DNA of 63,564 nucleotides, the filler included, from Octopus bimaculoides (Eukaryota), in the NCBI RefSeq assembly GCF_001194135.2. It is 5 parts of 4 records of this genome, joined end to end, with 100 filler letters (N's around TTAATTAATTAA, not from the genome) between each part and the next. Parts side by side here need not be neighbours in the genome. Positions count along the whole stretch, not along the records: positions 1 to 16,869 come from NC_068991.1; positions 16,970 to 38,411 come from NC_068991.1; 3 more parts are not named here. One strand, written 5' to 3'. Position 1 is the stretch's first letter. Every line of letters begins with the position of its first letter. Of the stretch, positions 12,314 to 24,559 are shown piece by piece. The notes beneath the pieces are model-generated. The model ran no database searches, had not been told where the DNA came from, and saw only the letters and a list, made by a program, of their open reading frames with translations. The position numbers and the translations under genes are program-made.

Positions 12314-12708
12314 TCTTTTATCTTTTACCGTTTACTTGTTTCAGTTATTAGACTGCGGCCATGCTGGGGCACCACATTGAAGAATTTTTAGTCGAACAAA
12401 TCGACTCTAGTACTTTTTTAACGCCTGGTACTTATTCTGTCGCTAAGTTACGAGGACGTCGGCACACCAACACCGATTGTCAAGCGGTGGTGAGGGACAA
12501 TACATATTTGCATAAATGCACACACACACACACGCACAATATATAAATGTATGACGTACTTCTTTCAATTTTGTCTACTAAATCCACTCACAAGGCTTTG
12601 ATAGGCCCGGGGCTCTAGCAGAAGATACCTGCCCAAGATGCCACGCGGTGCGGCTGAACCTAGAAGCATGTGGTTGGGAAGCAAACTTCTTACCACACAT
12701 CCACGCCT
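12314..12708 (-). mobile_element. SINE family A, full length (tRNA head, CORE-like domain, internal CA/TA microsatellite, (AAAAGA)n-type tail)
   Basis: Reverse complement begins GGCGTGGATGTGTGGTAAGAAG..GGTTCAGCCGC..GCATCTTGGGCAGG and is colinear with 54089-54497. Confidence 0.88.
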
Positions 12709-12738
12709 GTAATTTTTTTATTTTTATTAATTATACGA

Positions 12739-13469
12739 AAATCGTGTGATTTTACTTAATTTCAGATTCAGATTAAGAAGATATTGCAAATGAGAGTTGT
12801 CAACTGAAAAAATCGAATGAAATATCTTAATTATAAAGCGACTCCAAAAGTCAATTGCGTTTACAACAACAGCAACAACAACAATACCATAATTAGCAAC
12901 AATAATTTTTATTAATTAACGAAGAGTTAGCCCCTTGTGGGTAATAAAAAATCAATTTTTTTAATTAATATTTTTGCTTTTTATTTTTGTTTGACAACTG
13001 TTTTGTTTTGTTCAACATTATATCTTCTGGTGTAAGGGGTAGGCCCCCGNNNNNNNNNNNNNNNNNNNNNNNNNNNNNNNNNNNNNNNNNNNNNNNNNNN
13101 NNNNNNNNNNNNNNNNNNNNNNNNNNNNNNNNNNNNNNNNNNNNNNNNNNNNNNNNNNNNNNNNNNNNNNNNNNNNNNNNNNNNNNNNNNNNNNNNNNNN
13201 NNNNNNNNNNNGACCATCCCACATTGCTTTGTTGAAGTGGGGATGACTAATTTGGTCCCCTTGTAGAAAAAAAAAGGGGAAAACCCTCCGCCAAAGCTCA
13301 TCAAAGAACGAATGAACTCGAAGCGTTAGCGGCTATCCAAATCGTGTGATTTTACTTAATTTCAGATTCAGATTAAGAAGATATTGCAAATGAGAGTTGT
13401 CAACTGGAAAAATCGAATGAAATATCTTAATTATAAATCGACTCCAAAAGTCAATTGCGTTTACAACAA

Positions 13470-13470
<1 letters not shown>
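12739..13470. repeat. 132-bp direct repeat (12739-12870 and 13339-13470)
   Basis: 130/132 identical by eye, exactly 600 bp apart, with a gapped unique segment between. Confidence 0.92.
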
Positions 13471-13504
<34 letters not shown>

Positions 13505-13639
13505 ACAACAACAACATCATAAATAGCAACAGTAACAATGAAAATCAAAAGGTCAATAGCATCATCATCACTACCACATATTCCCGTCCCTCACGCTCAC
13601 CACCAACATGTAAATAAGAACAATATTAGTTCAGAAACA

Positions 13640-13640
13640 C

Positions 13641-13676
<36 letters not shown>

Positions 13677-13693
13677 CAGTAGTAGTAGTAGTT

Positions 13694-13724
<31 letters not shown>

Positions 13725-13990
13725 AAGAAGAAGAAGAAGAAGAAGAAATTGGCCAAGAGAGAACAGAGCTGTAACAGAGATGGAATGTTAGATGAAGGTA
13801 AAAGAAAAAAGAAAGAGAAGACTCGAAAAAAGAAAAAAAAAAGAAAAAAAAGGTGATAAAGGATGAAGAAAAGAAAACTTCTGAGATAAAACAGAAGGAA
13901 GAGGAAAAGGAGGAGGAGGAGAAATAGAAGAAGAAACAAATAATGAAGGAAAGAAAGAAAGAAATGAAGAAAGAAATAAAAGAAGGGGAA
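13640..13990. repeat. (TAG)n, (GAA)n and purine-rich low-complexity tract
   Basis: Direct reading. Confidence 0.9.
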
Positions 13991-15011
13991 GAAATGGTTT
14001 GAAGTGTTGCTGTTTGAAAAGACTTGTCTTCCATTTAAAGTAGGAAATAGGATGTACAATGGTGGCGGCGGTGGTGGTGGGTTAGTTGTAGGGGGTGAAG
14101 GACTACGGATGGGTCCATTGAGTCCTTCGTTTCCTGGAATTGGTCGGAAGTTAGCCAGGCTCTATCTCTTTGATGATGTCAAGTCTTATTTTCAGAAGAC
14201 CTGCAATATTGCCTCTGCTTCTTGAGGCAATTGGAGAATTTTGCATGAAATATTTCGAAAAGAAAGAAGAAATAAAATAGCAGCAGCAGCTATATCAACA
14301 ACAACAACATGAACAGCAACAACAGCATCAACAGCCTCTAAAAACTAAGTAAGTAAATAAATAAATAAATAAAAAGTAATCAATTCAAACATAATTGACA
14401 AAAAATAAATATACTGAAAGGAAAAAATAATAAAGCAACACACAGACACACACAGACGCACACAGACACACACACACACATACACGCACTCACGCACGCA
14501 CACATACACTCACGTGCACACACACACACACACACAAGCTAACACATGAATAATAACAATAGTAAATGAAATTTTTTTTCCTATCATAACAGCAGCAGCA
14601 ACAGCAAATACAACAGAAACAACAATACCAAAAGCAACGCCAGTGTTATCTTAGACTTATCTATGTCCAAGAGTTACCAAACAACAAGACTAAAGTTTGC
14701 TGAAAAGATCAATTCCAAAGGAATCACCGCACTTATTACACCATAGAATACTATACTGTACTTACTATATCAAACTTTTCTTTTAAGCTTCTATTTAGAT
14801 AACAATATTATACCGTATACCCACAATTATTTATTAGACCTCATCACAACTTCACTATGTTACATGTTCGACAATTATATATATATATATATATATATAT
14901 ATTCTATGAAGGAAGTACAACCTCTCTCTCTATATCTATATATCTATTTACTGTGAAATTTGCAGAATATCTTGAAAGTTTAGTGATTTGGCTTGTCAGA
15001 ATTCTCTCTCA

Positions 15012-15058
<47 letters not shown>

Positions 15059-15221
15059 ACTTTGTCTCTATATATATGTATATCTAAAATTAGGGAATGG
15101 AGTAGATAAAATCCAGGTACATATGTTTCATACCTTGCGGAAACTCCGAAGTAGTATATCTTCTACGGACTGCTCGAAGCTTACTAATTTCCTACACCTT
15201 GATCCTAGGATCTTACCTTTG

Positions 15222-15371
<150 letters not shown>

Positions 15372-15404
15372 AAAAGAAAAGCTTCAGTTAGATAGATTCT
15401 AGCT

Positions 15405-16144
15405 TGCAGGCTTGCAGATACGCAAATAATAAAAGAAGCAACAATGCAACAAATGCTGAAAAAAATGTGCAAGAAGTGTATGGTGAAAGTGTTTTGAACA
15501 TTCACAAGTGCCAACGACGGTTCCATAAGNNNNNNNNNNNNNNNNNNNNNNNNNNNNNNNNNNNNNNNNNNNNNNNNNNNNNNNNNNNNNNNNNNNNNNN
15601 NNNNNNNNNNNNNNNNNNNNNNNNNNNNNNNNNNNNNNNNNNNNNNNNNNNNNNNNNNNNNNNNNNNNNNNNNNNNNNNNNNNNNNNNNNNNNNNNNNNN
15701 NNNNNNNNNNNNNNNNNNNNNNNNNNNNNNNNNNNNNNNNNNNNNNNNNNNNNNNNNNNNNNNNNNNNNNNNNNNNNNNNNNNNNNNNNNNNNNNNNNNN
15801 NNNNNNNNNNNNNNNNNNNNNNNNNNNNNNNNNNNNNNNNNCTCTGTATTCTCCTGACCTTGCTCCTTCGGATTATCATTTATTCAGAAGCTTGCAAAAT
15901 TTTATTGATGGAAAAGAATACATATCCTTAGAGGCACTTGAAACGAGCCTTCAAGAGTTTTTCTCTTCTAAGCTAGCTGGTTTCTATAGGAATGGTATGA
16001 AAAACCTTTTACAGCGCTGGAAGAATGTTATTGATTCAGATGGGGAATATATAGTTGATTAAATTGGTACCTTACTTGCTTTTATATTTCTTCAAAGCTT
16101 ACCACAAAAAAACCCCCACATTACTTATGGGATGGCCTGATGTA
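15405..16144 (+). mobile_element. mariner (DD34D) transposase remnant, gapped, with 3' TIR-like end
   Basis: Before the gap NATNAEKNVQEVYGESVLNIHKCQRRFHK (mariner HTH); after it YSPDLAPSDYHLFRSLQNF...LQRWKNVIDSDGEYIVD*; end ...TTACTTATGGGATGGCCTGATGTA. Confidence 0.88.
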
Positions 16145-16445
16145 TTATGTGGTAAGGCTTCAAAAAGTAGAATAGCACTCGATCAGAGTAAAGATAACGT
16201 TATAATAAAAACTACAAGTCTTGGGTAACTCTATTTAACACCATTTGTGATTTTAATTACAGCGAGGATATGTAATCTTGTAATAGGGATGAAATCATCC
16301 TAGTTGCACTGGTTTAATACCCTATATCTATGAGAAATATCACATTGATATAAATGGGTATATCAAAAATATATAATCTGATAAACAAGAAAAAATGGAG
16401 AGTATATAGATATAAATCAATTTATTAACATATAGTTAATTAAAA

Positions 16446-16554
16446 GTGTCTACAATAGTTTCAATTTTACTCAATATTAATTACAAATTTATAAATTAAA
16501 CAAAATTTGCATTTAGAATCTTATGAGTAAAATTTCATCAGGGCTATTTGACAT
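16446..16554 (-). ncRNA. Type I hammerhead-ribozyme-like fold with extended stem II (Penelope-type)
   Basis: Minus strand: ATGTC-AAATAGCC-CTGATGA-AATTTTACTCA-[50 nt]-TGAGTAAAATT-GAAAC-TATT-GTA-GACAC. Perfect core and 11-bp stem II; stem I is imperfect next to the core. Confidence 0.6.
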
Positions 16555-16697
16555 AAAAGGATTACATGTTGCTAGGTCGAGATTTTAAAATATCAACCTA
16601 ACAACATGTAATCCTTTTGTGTCAATAAGCCCTGAAGAGATTTTATTCATATGATATTCTAAATGCAAATTTTGTTTTAGTAATAAATTTGTAATTA
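16478..16697. repeat. ~220-bp imperfect palindrome (fold-back), centre 16586/16587
   Basis: Left arm TAATTACAAATTTAT...AAAAGGATTACATGTTG.TAGGT pairs with right arm ACCTA.CAACATGTAATCCTTTT...ATAAATTTGTAATTA. Confidence 0.92.
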
Positions 16698-16869
16698 CAG
16701 CAATCCCTCGCCATATCGCGGGTCACCTATCACGGTTCACCTATCGCGGTTTACTATTTAAGCTTTTGTCGATTCCTGTGTGGTGTTGTTTTGCATTTAT
16801 AATAAAATAAATACATACAAATTATATTCAGTACAGTACTGTTTCTGCTTCGCGGGTTTTAACCTATCG
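16698..16869 (+). mobile_element. pogo/Tigger-like DNA transposon terminus inserted at TA
   Basis: TA|CAGCAATCCCTCGCCATATCGCGG..CACCTATC.CGG repeats resemble Tigger-type TIRs; runs into a gap. Confidence 0.55.
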
Positions 16870-16913
16870 NNNNNNNNNNNNNNNNNNNNNNNNNNNNNNN
16901 NNNNNNNNNNNNN

Positions 16914-16925
16914 TTAATTAATTAA
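16914..16925. other. Artificial assembly spacer TTAATTAATTAA between 44-N runs (also 38456-38467, 58286-58297, 60457-60468)
   Basis: Four identical 100-bp 44N+12+44N blocks; the 12-mer places stop codons in all six frames. Confidence 0.95.
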
Positions 16926-16969
16926 NNNNNNNNNNNNNNNNNNNNNNNNNNNNNNNNNNNNNNNNNNNN

Positions 16970-17000
<31 letters not shown>

Positions 17001-17736
17001 CAATAATGCTATATAAATTTAGGGTAAAATAACCCCCTTTTACCCGCACCCACTTATTACACTTGGTATAACACTAGTGTAACAATAATTGGGTACCCTC
17101 CCAGCAGTATATTGGATAGATACTATCCCTTAGTGGGTTGAATCCTCAACCCCTAACTCTCTTGCATTATATATATATATATGAGTCATTGTCGAAACGA
17201 ATGAACTCTGCCAAAGATAAATGAAGAATATAAAAGCGAATTGAAAAGCTTCGTAGGGGATATGTCGAATGATTGTCATGCCAATACATATCAATAGAAA
17301 ATAGATTGAGAGTGGGTGTAACATATGTAAATTATGCACACACGCACACTTTTTGTGGTCGTTGTTGTTATTGGTGTTGATGTTGTTGTGGTTGTCTAGT
17401 GAAATAATGGCTGAAATAATGGGATTGTAGTTGTTGAAACATTGAATCTTGTTTTAGCTTGGGTAATTGAAGAATTGGAAAGAGAATTGAAAAATCTCGT
17501 TTGGATTAAGTGAAAGGAAAATCATACCGATACCTATCAATAGAATGAGGTAGCTTGGGTTGAGTAGCACGTGTGTGAGTGTGTGTGATATTATTATTCA
17601 ATGCCCCTATACCATGCTAGCATGGGTTGGACAGTTCGACAGGAACCGACTAGAGTGAGAGATATATTAGTCTTCAGTGTCTGATTTTGTGAGGTATCTA
17701 CGACAGTATGCCCTTCAAAATTTCGTTCGCCCGCGG

Positions 17737-17797
<61 letters not shown>

Positions 17798-18221
17798 NNN
17801 NNNNNNNNNNNNNNNNNNNNNNNNNNNNNNNNNNNNNNNNNNNNNNNNNNNNNNNNNNNNNNNNNNNNNNNNNNNNNNNNNNNNNNNNNNNNNNNNNNNN
17901 NNNNNNNNNNNNNNNNNNNNNNNNNNNNNNNNNNNNNNNNNNNNNNNNNNNNNNNNNNNNNNNNNNNNNNNNNNNNNNNNNNNNNNNNNNNNNNNNNNNN
18001 NNNNNNNNNNNNNNNNNNNNNNNNNNNNNNNNNNNNNNNNNNNNNNNNNNNNNNNNNNNNNNNNNNNNNNNNNNNNNNNNNNNNNNNNNNNNNNNNNNNN
18101 NNNNNNNNNNNNNNNNNNNNNNNNNNNNNNNNNNNNNNNNNNNNNNNNNNNNNNNNNNNNNNNNNNNNNNNNNNNNNNNNNNNNNNNNNNNNNNNNNNNN
18201 NNNNNNNNNNNNNNNNNNNNN

Positions 18222-18366
18222 TTTCACTCAGAAGGCATCATTCGACACGACGGAAAAGACTTTTACCCAAGATATCACACAGTGGGACTGAATCCGGACT
18301 AAAACCACGTAGTTATGCATTAAGTCACGAAGCAACATTCCAAGCCATACGGCTATACCTGTGCCT
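18222..18366 (-). mobile_element. SINE family A 5' fragment
   Basis: CCCAAGATATCACACAGTGGGACTGAATCC...CCATACGGCTATACCTGTGCCT is the reverse complement of the family A head. Confidence 0.7.
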
Positions 18367-18817
18367 ACGTGTGTGAAAGATTCACCTACAACAGTTCATC
18401 AGCCAACAATTCCATTAAAAAGAGAAAAATATTGTGACTGTATAGAAAGGGCAAAACAAAAAAAAAAAAATACGAAACTAATGAGTTTATCTTTTTATGT
18501 TTAATAGGTTTAGCTCAAATTTTTCTTATTTACAATTGAATTTTTTATGTATAATTGGTATTTTGAAATTAATACCGGGATTATTAAAATCCTGGCATTA
18601 ATTAATAATTTGCCATCAAATGGATATGTTAACTGATCGGTTGTTGTGTTGGATATAATTGATAAATTGGTGTGTAGTCACACACAAATACAGACACGCG
18701 CCTGCGTACACACATAAACAGAACCATAGACACAAGTATGTATATATGCGCATACAATATAAATGCTTGCGTATGTAGCTACATATGTATATACATATAC
18801 ATATGTGTGTGTATCTA

Positions 18818-18897
<80 letters not shown>

Positions 18898-18920
18898 TAC
18901 AATATATATATATATATATA

Positions 18921-19445
18921 CGAGGTCTGGTCAATAAGAATCCGGACTGTTGCCATAGTAACGAAGCTAAAACTAACAGAGTAAAGCCTTTTGGATAAAG
19001 AAGGAAGGTGTGTAGTGTGTGACCATCGCATTGACCCTGACAGAGAAAGTTGCCATGGCGATATCTGCTCAGAGGCTTGCGCAAAGCTGCAGAAAGTGTA
19101 TTGAGAGGAGTGTATGAGCGACACACAAGTATACGAGTGGTCCAGACGTTTCCAAGATGGCTGAAAAATGTCAATATTGACGAACGTTCTGGGAGACCCG
19201 CAACCAGCAAAACTGAGAAAAGCATCGCAGATGTGCGTTCCGCTGTGAGGAGAAATCATCGAATCCCCCCACCCGTCAGTTATTAGAAGATGTGTAGATT
19301 GGTTACGGTTCAGTTTAGTCCATTACCACTGAAGATTTGGGTATGTCTGCCAAGTTTGCGCCAAAAGTGCTTTCAGCTGACTAAGAAGATATTCGGGTTT
19401 CTCCTTGATTGTGCCAAGAACGATGAAAACTTTTTGAAAACTTTA
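18921..19445 (+). mobile_element. mariner 5' end (TIR plus HTH), truncated
   Basis: TA|CGAGGTCTGGTCAATAAGAATCCGGACTG TIR; AKLQKVY*EECMSDTQVYEWSRRFQDG*KNVNIDERSGRPATS is the mariner N-terminal DNA-binding region. Confidence 0.85.
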
Positions 19446-19529
19446 CATAGGCCTCTGAGCAGGTATCCCCAAGCTTTTGAACGCACACGCACATATGCAC
19501 GCACGTGCGTGGCACACGCTCACACACAC

Positions 19530-19770
19530 ACACACATGTATGCATGTATGCATGTATGTATGTATGCATGTATGCATGTATGTATGTTTGAAATGTATGT
19601 ATGAATGTATGTATGGAATGCATGTATGAATGTACGAATGTATATATGGAATGTATGTATGTATGTATGCATGCATGTACGTATGTATGAAATGTATGTA
19701 CGAATGTATGAATGTATATATGGAATGTATGTATGTATGCATGCATGTATGTATATATGGAAGTATGTAT
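19530..19770. repeat. (TATG)n degenerate array
   Basis: Direct reading. Confidence 0.9.
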
Positions 19771-19777
19771 GAGCTCA

Positions 19778-19980
19778 CGTGTGGCTGGTGCGGTAAGAAG
19801 TTTGCTTCCCAACCACATTGCACCGAGTTCTGTCCCACTGTGAGGTACTTTGGATAAATGTCTTCTGCTATGGCTCCTAGCCGACCGTAGCCTTGAGAAT
19901 GAATTTGGCTGACAGAAACTGTGTAGAAGCCCGTCGTATGCATACATACGCAGTCCAATGACTGAAAGAAGTAAAAATTA
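19778..19980 (+). mobile_element. SINE family A copy (diverged, internally deleted)
   Basis: GTGGCTGGTGCGGTAAGAAGTTTGCTTCCCAACCAC...AGAAGCCCGTCGTA...AATGACTGAAAGAAGTAAAA. Confidence 0.8.
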
Positions 19981-20062
19981 AAATGCACACACACACATAC
20001 ACACACACAAACACGTGCGCGTCTTCACATGTACCCCTCACAAATACTCATGCGCGCACTCG

Positions 20063-20102
<40 letters not shown>

Positions 20103-20154
20103 CACATAGTCTTTCTCTCACACATTCTATCTCTCACATTCATATTCTCTCTCT

Positions 20155-20471
20155 TTCCATCTCTCTCTCTCTTAGTCTCTCTCTCTCTCTTAGTCTCTCT
20201 CTCTCTCTTAGTCTCTCTCTCTCTCTCTTAGTCTCTCTTAGTCTCTCTCTCTTAGTCTCTCTCTCTTAGTCTCTCTCTCTTAGTCTCTCTCTCTTAGTCT
20301 CTCTCTCTTAGTCTCTCTCTCTTAGTCTCTCTCCCTCTCTCTTAGTCTCTCTCTTAGTCTCTCTCTCTCTTAGTCTCTCTCTTAGTCTCTCTCTCTCTCT
20401 CTCTCTCCCTCTCTCTCACTTTCTCTCTCTCTCTCTCTCCCTCTCTCTCACTTTCTCTCTCTCTCTCTCTC
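20155..20471. repeat. (CT)n array punctuated by TAG (CTTAGTCTCTCTCT units)
   Basis: Direct reading. Confidence 0.93.
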
Positions 20472-21164
20472 AAACGCTTCCTGTCTGTCTTCATCAATTT
20501 ACATTGGTGTCTTATGAGTGACGCATAACTCATTTACCGTTTTTCTTCCATTACATTAACAAATTTGATTAATTAATTTAATTTAATTCATATTTTTATG
20601 AATTTTTAATTAAGGCATTTTATTTACACATTTAAATTTGATAATATCATTTCTAGAATATATCATTGCATTCGTATGGGCGCGAAACCGATTGCATCTT
20701 TGGAGTTAAACGCTTTTGTTCTCGATAATGTTGTAAATGTTGTTGCTTAGCAACAGGTACGTCTTGATCAAGCACACATATGATCAAAGACCTTCCAGTC
20801 GTGACCATCATGTCTGTTTGTATCAGAGACTACATTGTTCAACGTTTTCGTATATATTTAAAACGTCATGGTATGAGCCGAAAGAAATTTGGCTGCTACT
20901 TCATGTTAATCGAGTGACCACGTGGAAGCTCATTTGTTAGCTCATTGTTGCCTAAGGCCTTCCAGTTATGACCACCTCACATATGCTTTATGCATAGTCT
21001 ATCTTGATCTGCTCTGTCCATTACGTCTTTTCTTTTTAAAATGGTAGAATGCGATTTGAGAATGATTCATCAGTTACTTCTCGCAGTCGAGTAACTACGT
21101 AGAACCTTCCTCTGCTCCCTGTTGACTCATAAATCTTCTATATTATAACCACAGGACAATATAT

Positions 21165-21308
21165 ATATAACGGGCTTCCACACATCTCCGCCTACTTCAC
21201 AAGCAATTTGTCCACCTCGGACTATAGTACAAGACACTTGCCCAAGATGCCAGGCAGTGAGACTGAACCTGAAACTGCGCGATAGCGAAGAGAACTTACC
21301 CACACACT
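21165..21308 (-). mobile_element. SINE family A 5' half, diverged
   Basis: ACGGGCTTC...CTCGGACTATAGTACAAGACACTTGCCCAAGATGCCAGGCAGTGAGACTGAACC. Confidence 0.75.
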
Positions 21309-22654
21309 AATGTTTAGGAGAGAAAAAGAAAGACAGGATATCCCGACTAGGGACGACATTGATCACAGACCATTTATTCAAGGCTGACCTGGGAAAACAA
21401 GGGAAAAATAGAACCGAAAAAGGAAATTTAAGGCTGTCTCCTGACCTGCTGGAAATGTCGCCAAATTACCATGAATTCATGACCCTATTGCTTTTAGAAA
21501 ATAGGAAAGCACATTATGTAATATAATTTTACTTACATTATGTCCGATTTGAAGAAGAAATGGTGATAGCTAAGACACATTTGATCATGTCTTCTTGATC
21601 ATGGCTGACCAGGCCAACCAACAACAACTATCAAATCACATCTATTATCTTAAAGAATGAAAAGAGGCATCGGATAATGCATTCACTTGTATGATTTCTT
21701 TAAAGCCAAATCCGATCGGGTAATTACCTAGACTCCTCTGATACCTACCGCCAGCCTCTTGTCTTTGGCGAAATTTGGTGGAAACAACGATGTTGATTCG
21801 ATACCAGCAAAACCTGCAACCATGTTTGGAATGTAAATCTCCTCTTGAAACTTCCCACCTATGCACCCCCCTCCCCCCACTCGTCTCAATCTTTAGGATT
21901 GGTGATTTCCAATCAGATAGTAATTAAGCCGCGTATGTTGACTGAGTTCTTTCTATTTTCCAGTCTATCAACTCTGGCGTGTCTCAGGGTTTCAGTTTTG
22001 TTCCCTGTTCTCTTTCTTCTCAAACATCAATGGCTTTCTTGCTACCATAACCGACAACATTCTCTTATGCAGACGACATTAGCCTAAATTCCTAGTTGAC
22101 ATCACCCTTTCGCAACTTAGACATCACACGTCAAACACCCACTGAATCATAGGGAAAAAATGCCTTGAAAGTATCCTATAATGGGAAGATACCAACCTTG
22201 GCTCTTTCAATTGTAAGAAACCAGATTCACTATTTTATCAAATAAACATCGTCACACGGCACACCAACAACAGCAGTGACAGCTGCAGGAATGGCAAAAC
22301 AGGTAGTAGCAGTGACGGTAGCAATGACAGCAGCTGTAACACCATATTAATGAATAAGAATTGAATAAATACGCTCGTCCCAAAATATAAGACTTTTATG
22401 TCATATCACCGTTGAACACTAAATACACACTTCACCTCTACAGTTTAATGGCAATCCGGTTCCTTGCCGCCGCAAACCATCACTAAATCAAGCAATCGTA
22501 GTGATAAACAATCCTCATTAGTGAACAGATTTATTTCCTGGAGAAGAATTGCTGCAATTAATTGTCATGCTAAGAGATTCCAGGTAACTTGCACTCTTGG
22601 AAAATAAAAATTTCAGCTCACAATGGCGCGATACGTAATTGAATCCAAATATAA

Positions 22655-22657
22655 TGA

Positions 22658-22697
<40 letters not shown>

Positions 22698-23101
22698 GAT
22701 GTCATTGTTGTTGCTGGTGTCATTATTGTTGTTGTTTTTGCTCTTGTGGCTGTGGTTGTGGTTGTTATTGTGGTTGGTGCTCTTGTTTTGTTGCCGTTGT
22801 TGGTGTTATTACCGCTGTTGCTTTGTTGTTATTTTTTTATCGTTGCAGTTGTTGTTGTTGATGTTATGGTTGTTGCTGCTGCTGGTGTTGTAGCTATGGT
22901 TATTGTTGAAGTTGCAATTACCGGTGTTGTTGGGTAATCCTCGGTTTTGAGTAAATATACGATCAGAGACTCTCGTTGTGACCATATCGTCAATTTTTTC
23001 TTAAGGGTATCGAAGAACATTATCTATTGTGTCTCCATTTTTAAGACAGTGAAATGAAGTTTAGTCGTTGTTTCTAGTACGTCGGACGCCCACATAGAGA
23101 C

Positions 23102-23196
<95 letters not shown>
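22655..23196. repeat. (GTT)n low-complexity tract and (CT)n at 23101-23196
   Basis: Direct reading. Confidence 0.9.
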
Positions 23197-23200
<4 letters not shown>

Positions 23201-23523
23201 TGTTGACTTGTGTAAGAAAGTGGGGAGATCGAAGTATATCGTTTGTTCAGAGCGGAGTTTTATTCATAATAAATCTTATCCAATCTTTTATCAATTCCGA
23301 TCGAACCAAAAAGTAATTATAATTTATATAATTTTTATTAACTTGTTCGTTCGGTAACTCTATCACTATATTTCATTCTGTCTTTTCTTCTCTTTATCTG
23401 TCTCTTTCTCATTCTAGTTTATCTCATTCTCTTCTCTTTCTAATCTATAACAAACTTCGTTATGTATGTATGTATGTATGTATGTATGTATGTATGTATG
23501 TATGTATGTATGTATGTATGTAT

Positions 23524-23567
<44 letters not shown>

Positions 23568-24488
23568 ATATATATATATATATATANNNNNNNNNNNNNN
23601 NNNNNNNNNNNNNNNNNNNNNNNNNNNNNNNNNNNNNNNNNNNNNNNNNNNNNNNNNNNNNNNNNNNNNNNNNNNNNNNNNNNNNNNNNNNNNNNNNNNN
23701 NNNNNNNNNNNNNNNNNNNNNNNNNNNNNNNNNNNNNNNNNNNNNNNNNNNNNNNNNNNNNNNNNNNNNNNNNNNNNNNNNNNNNNNNNNNNNNNNNNNN
23801 NNNNNNNNNNNNNNNNNNNNNNNNNNNNNNNNNNNNNNNNNNNNNNNNNNNNNNNNNNNNNNNNNNNNNNNNNNNNNNNNNNNNNNNNNNNNNNNNNNNN
23901 NNNNNNNNNNNNNNNNNNNNNNNNNNNNNNNNNNNNNNNNNNNNNNNNNNNNNNNNNNNNNNNNNNNNNNNNNNNNNNNNNNNNNNNNNNNNNNNNNNNN
24001 NNNNNNNNNNNNNNNNNNNNNNNNNNNNNNNNNNNNNNNNNNNNNNNNNNNNNNNNNNNNNNNNNNNNNNNNNNNNNNNNNNNNNNNNNNNNNNNNNNNN
24101 NNNNNNNNNNNNNNNNNNNNNNNNNNNNNNNNNNNNNNNNNNNNNNNNNNNNNNNNNNNNNNNNNNNNNNNNNNNNNNNNNNNNNNNNNNNNNNNNNNNN
24201 NNNNNNNNNNNNNNNNNNNNNNNNNNNNNNNNNNNNNNNNNNNNNNNNNNNNNNNNNNNNNNNNNNNNNNNNNNNNTGGGTGTAAGGAATTGGATGGGGT
24301 GGAGTGGGAAGGTAGAGTAGGAGTGTGTTGGGGTGTGGTGGGATGAGCTTATGAGAGGGTGTTGACGAGGAGGGAGAAGGGGAAGGTGGATGTAAGAGAG
24401 GGGGAAGATGGGTATGGGAGGGGAGAGGAAGAGAGGAGAGAGGGTGGGTATAAGAGAGGGAAGGTGGATTATTCTCCCTCTCTCTATG

Positions 24489-24530
<42 letters not shown>

Positions 24531-24559
24531 CATACATACACCCCACATATATATATATA

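Noticed and set aside
13251-13262. 12-nt match to the 5' end of miR-133 (similar 11-nt matches to miR-1 near 21827 and miR-10 near 12010)
   Set aside because: The matches stop after 11-12 nt with no precursor hairpin; the miR-10-like one is part of a transposon TIR.
18567-18603. 16-bp hairpin
   Set aside because: Too short for a pre-miRNA, AT-rich, and no CTRR end to support a Helitron terminus.
22444-22583. 140-bp segment with good acceptor (CTCTACAG) and donor (CAG|GTAACT)
   Set aside because: Stops in all three frames; a non-coding exon cannot be excluded but nothing supports it.
24400-24423. Canonical G-quadruplex motif
   Set aside because: It lies in a purine-rich low-complexity tract where such motifs are expected.
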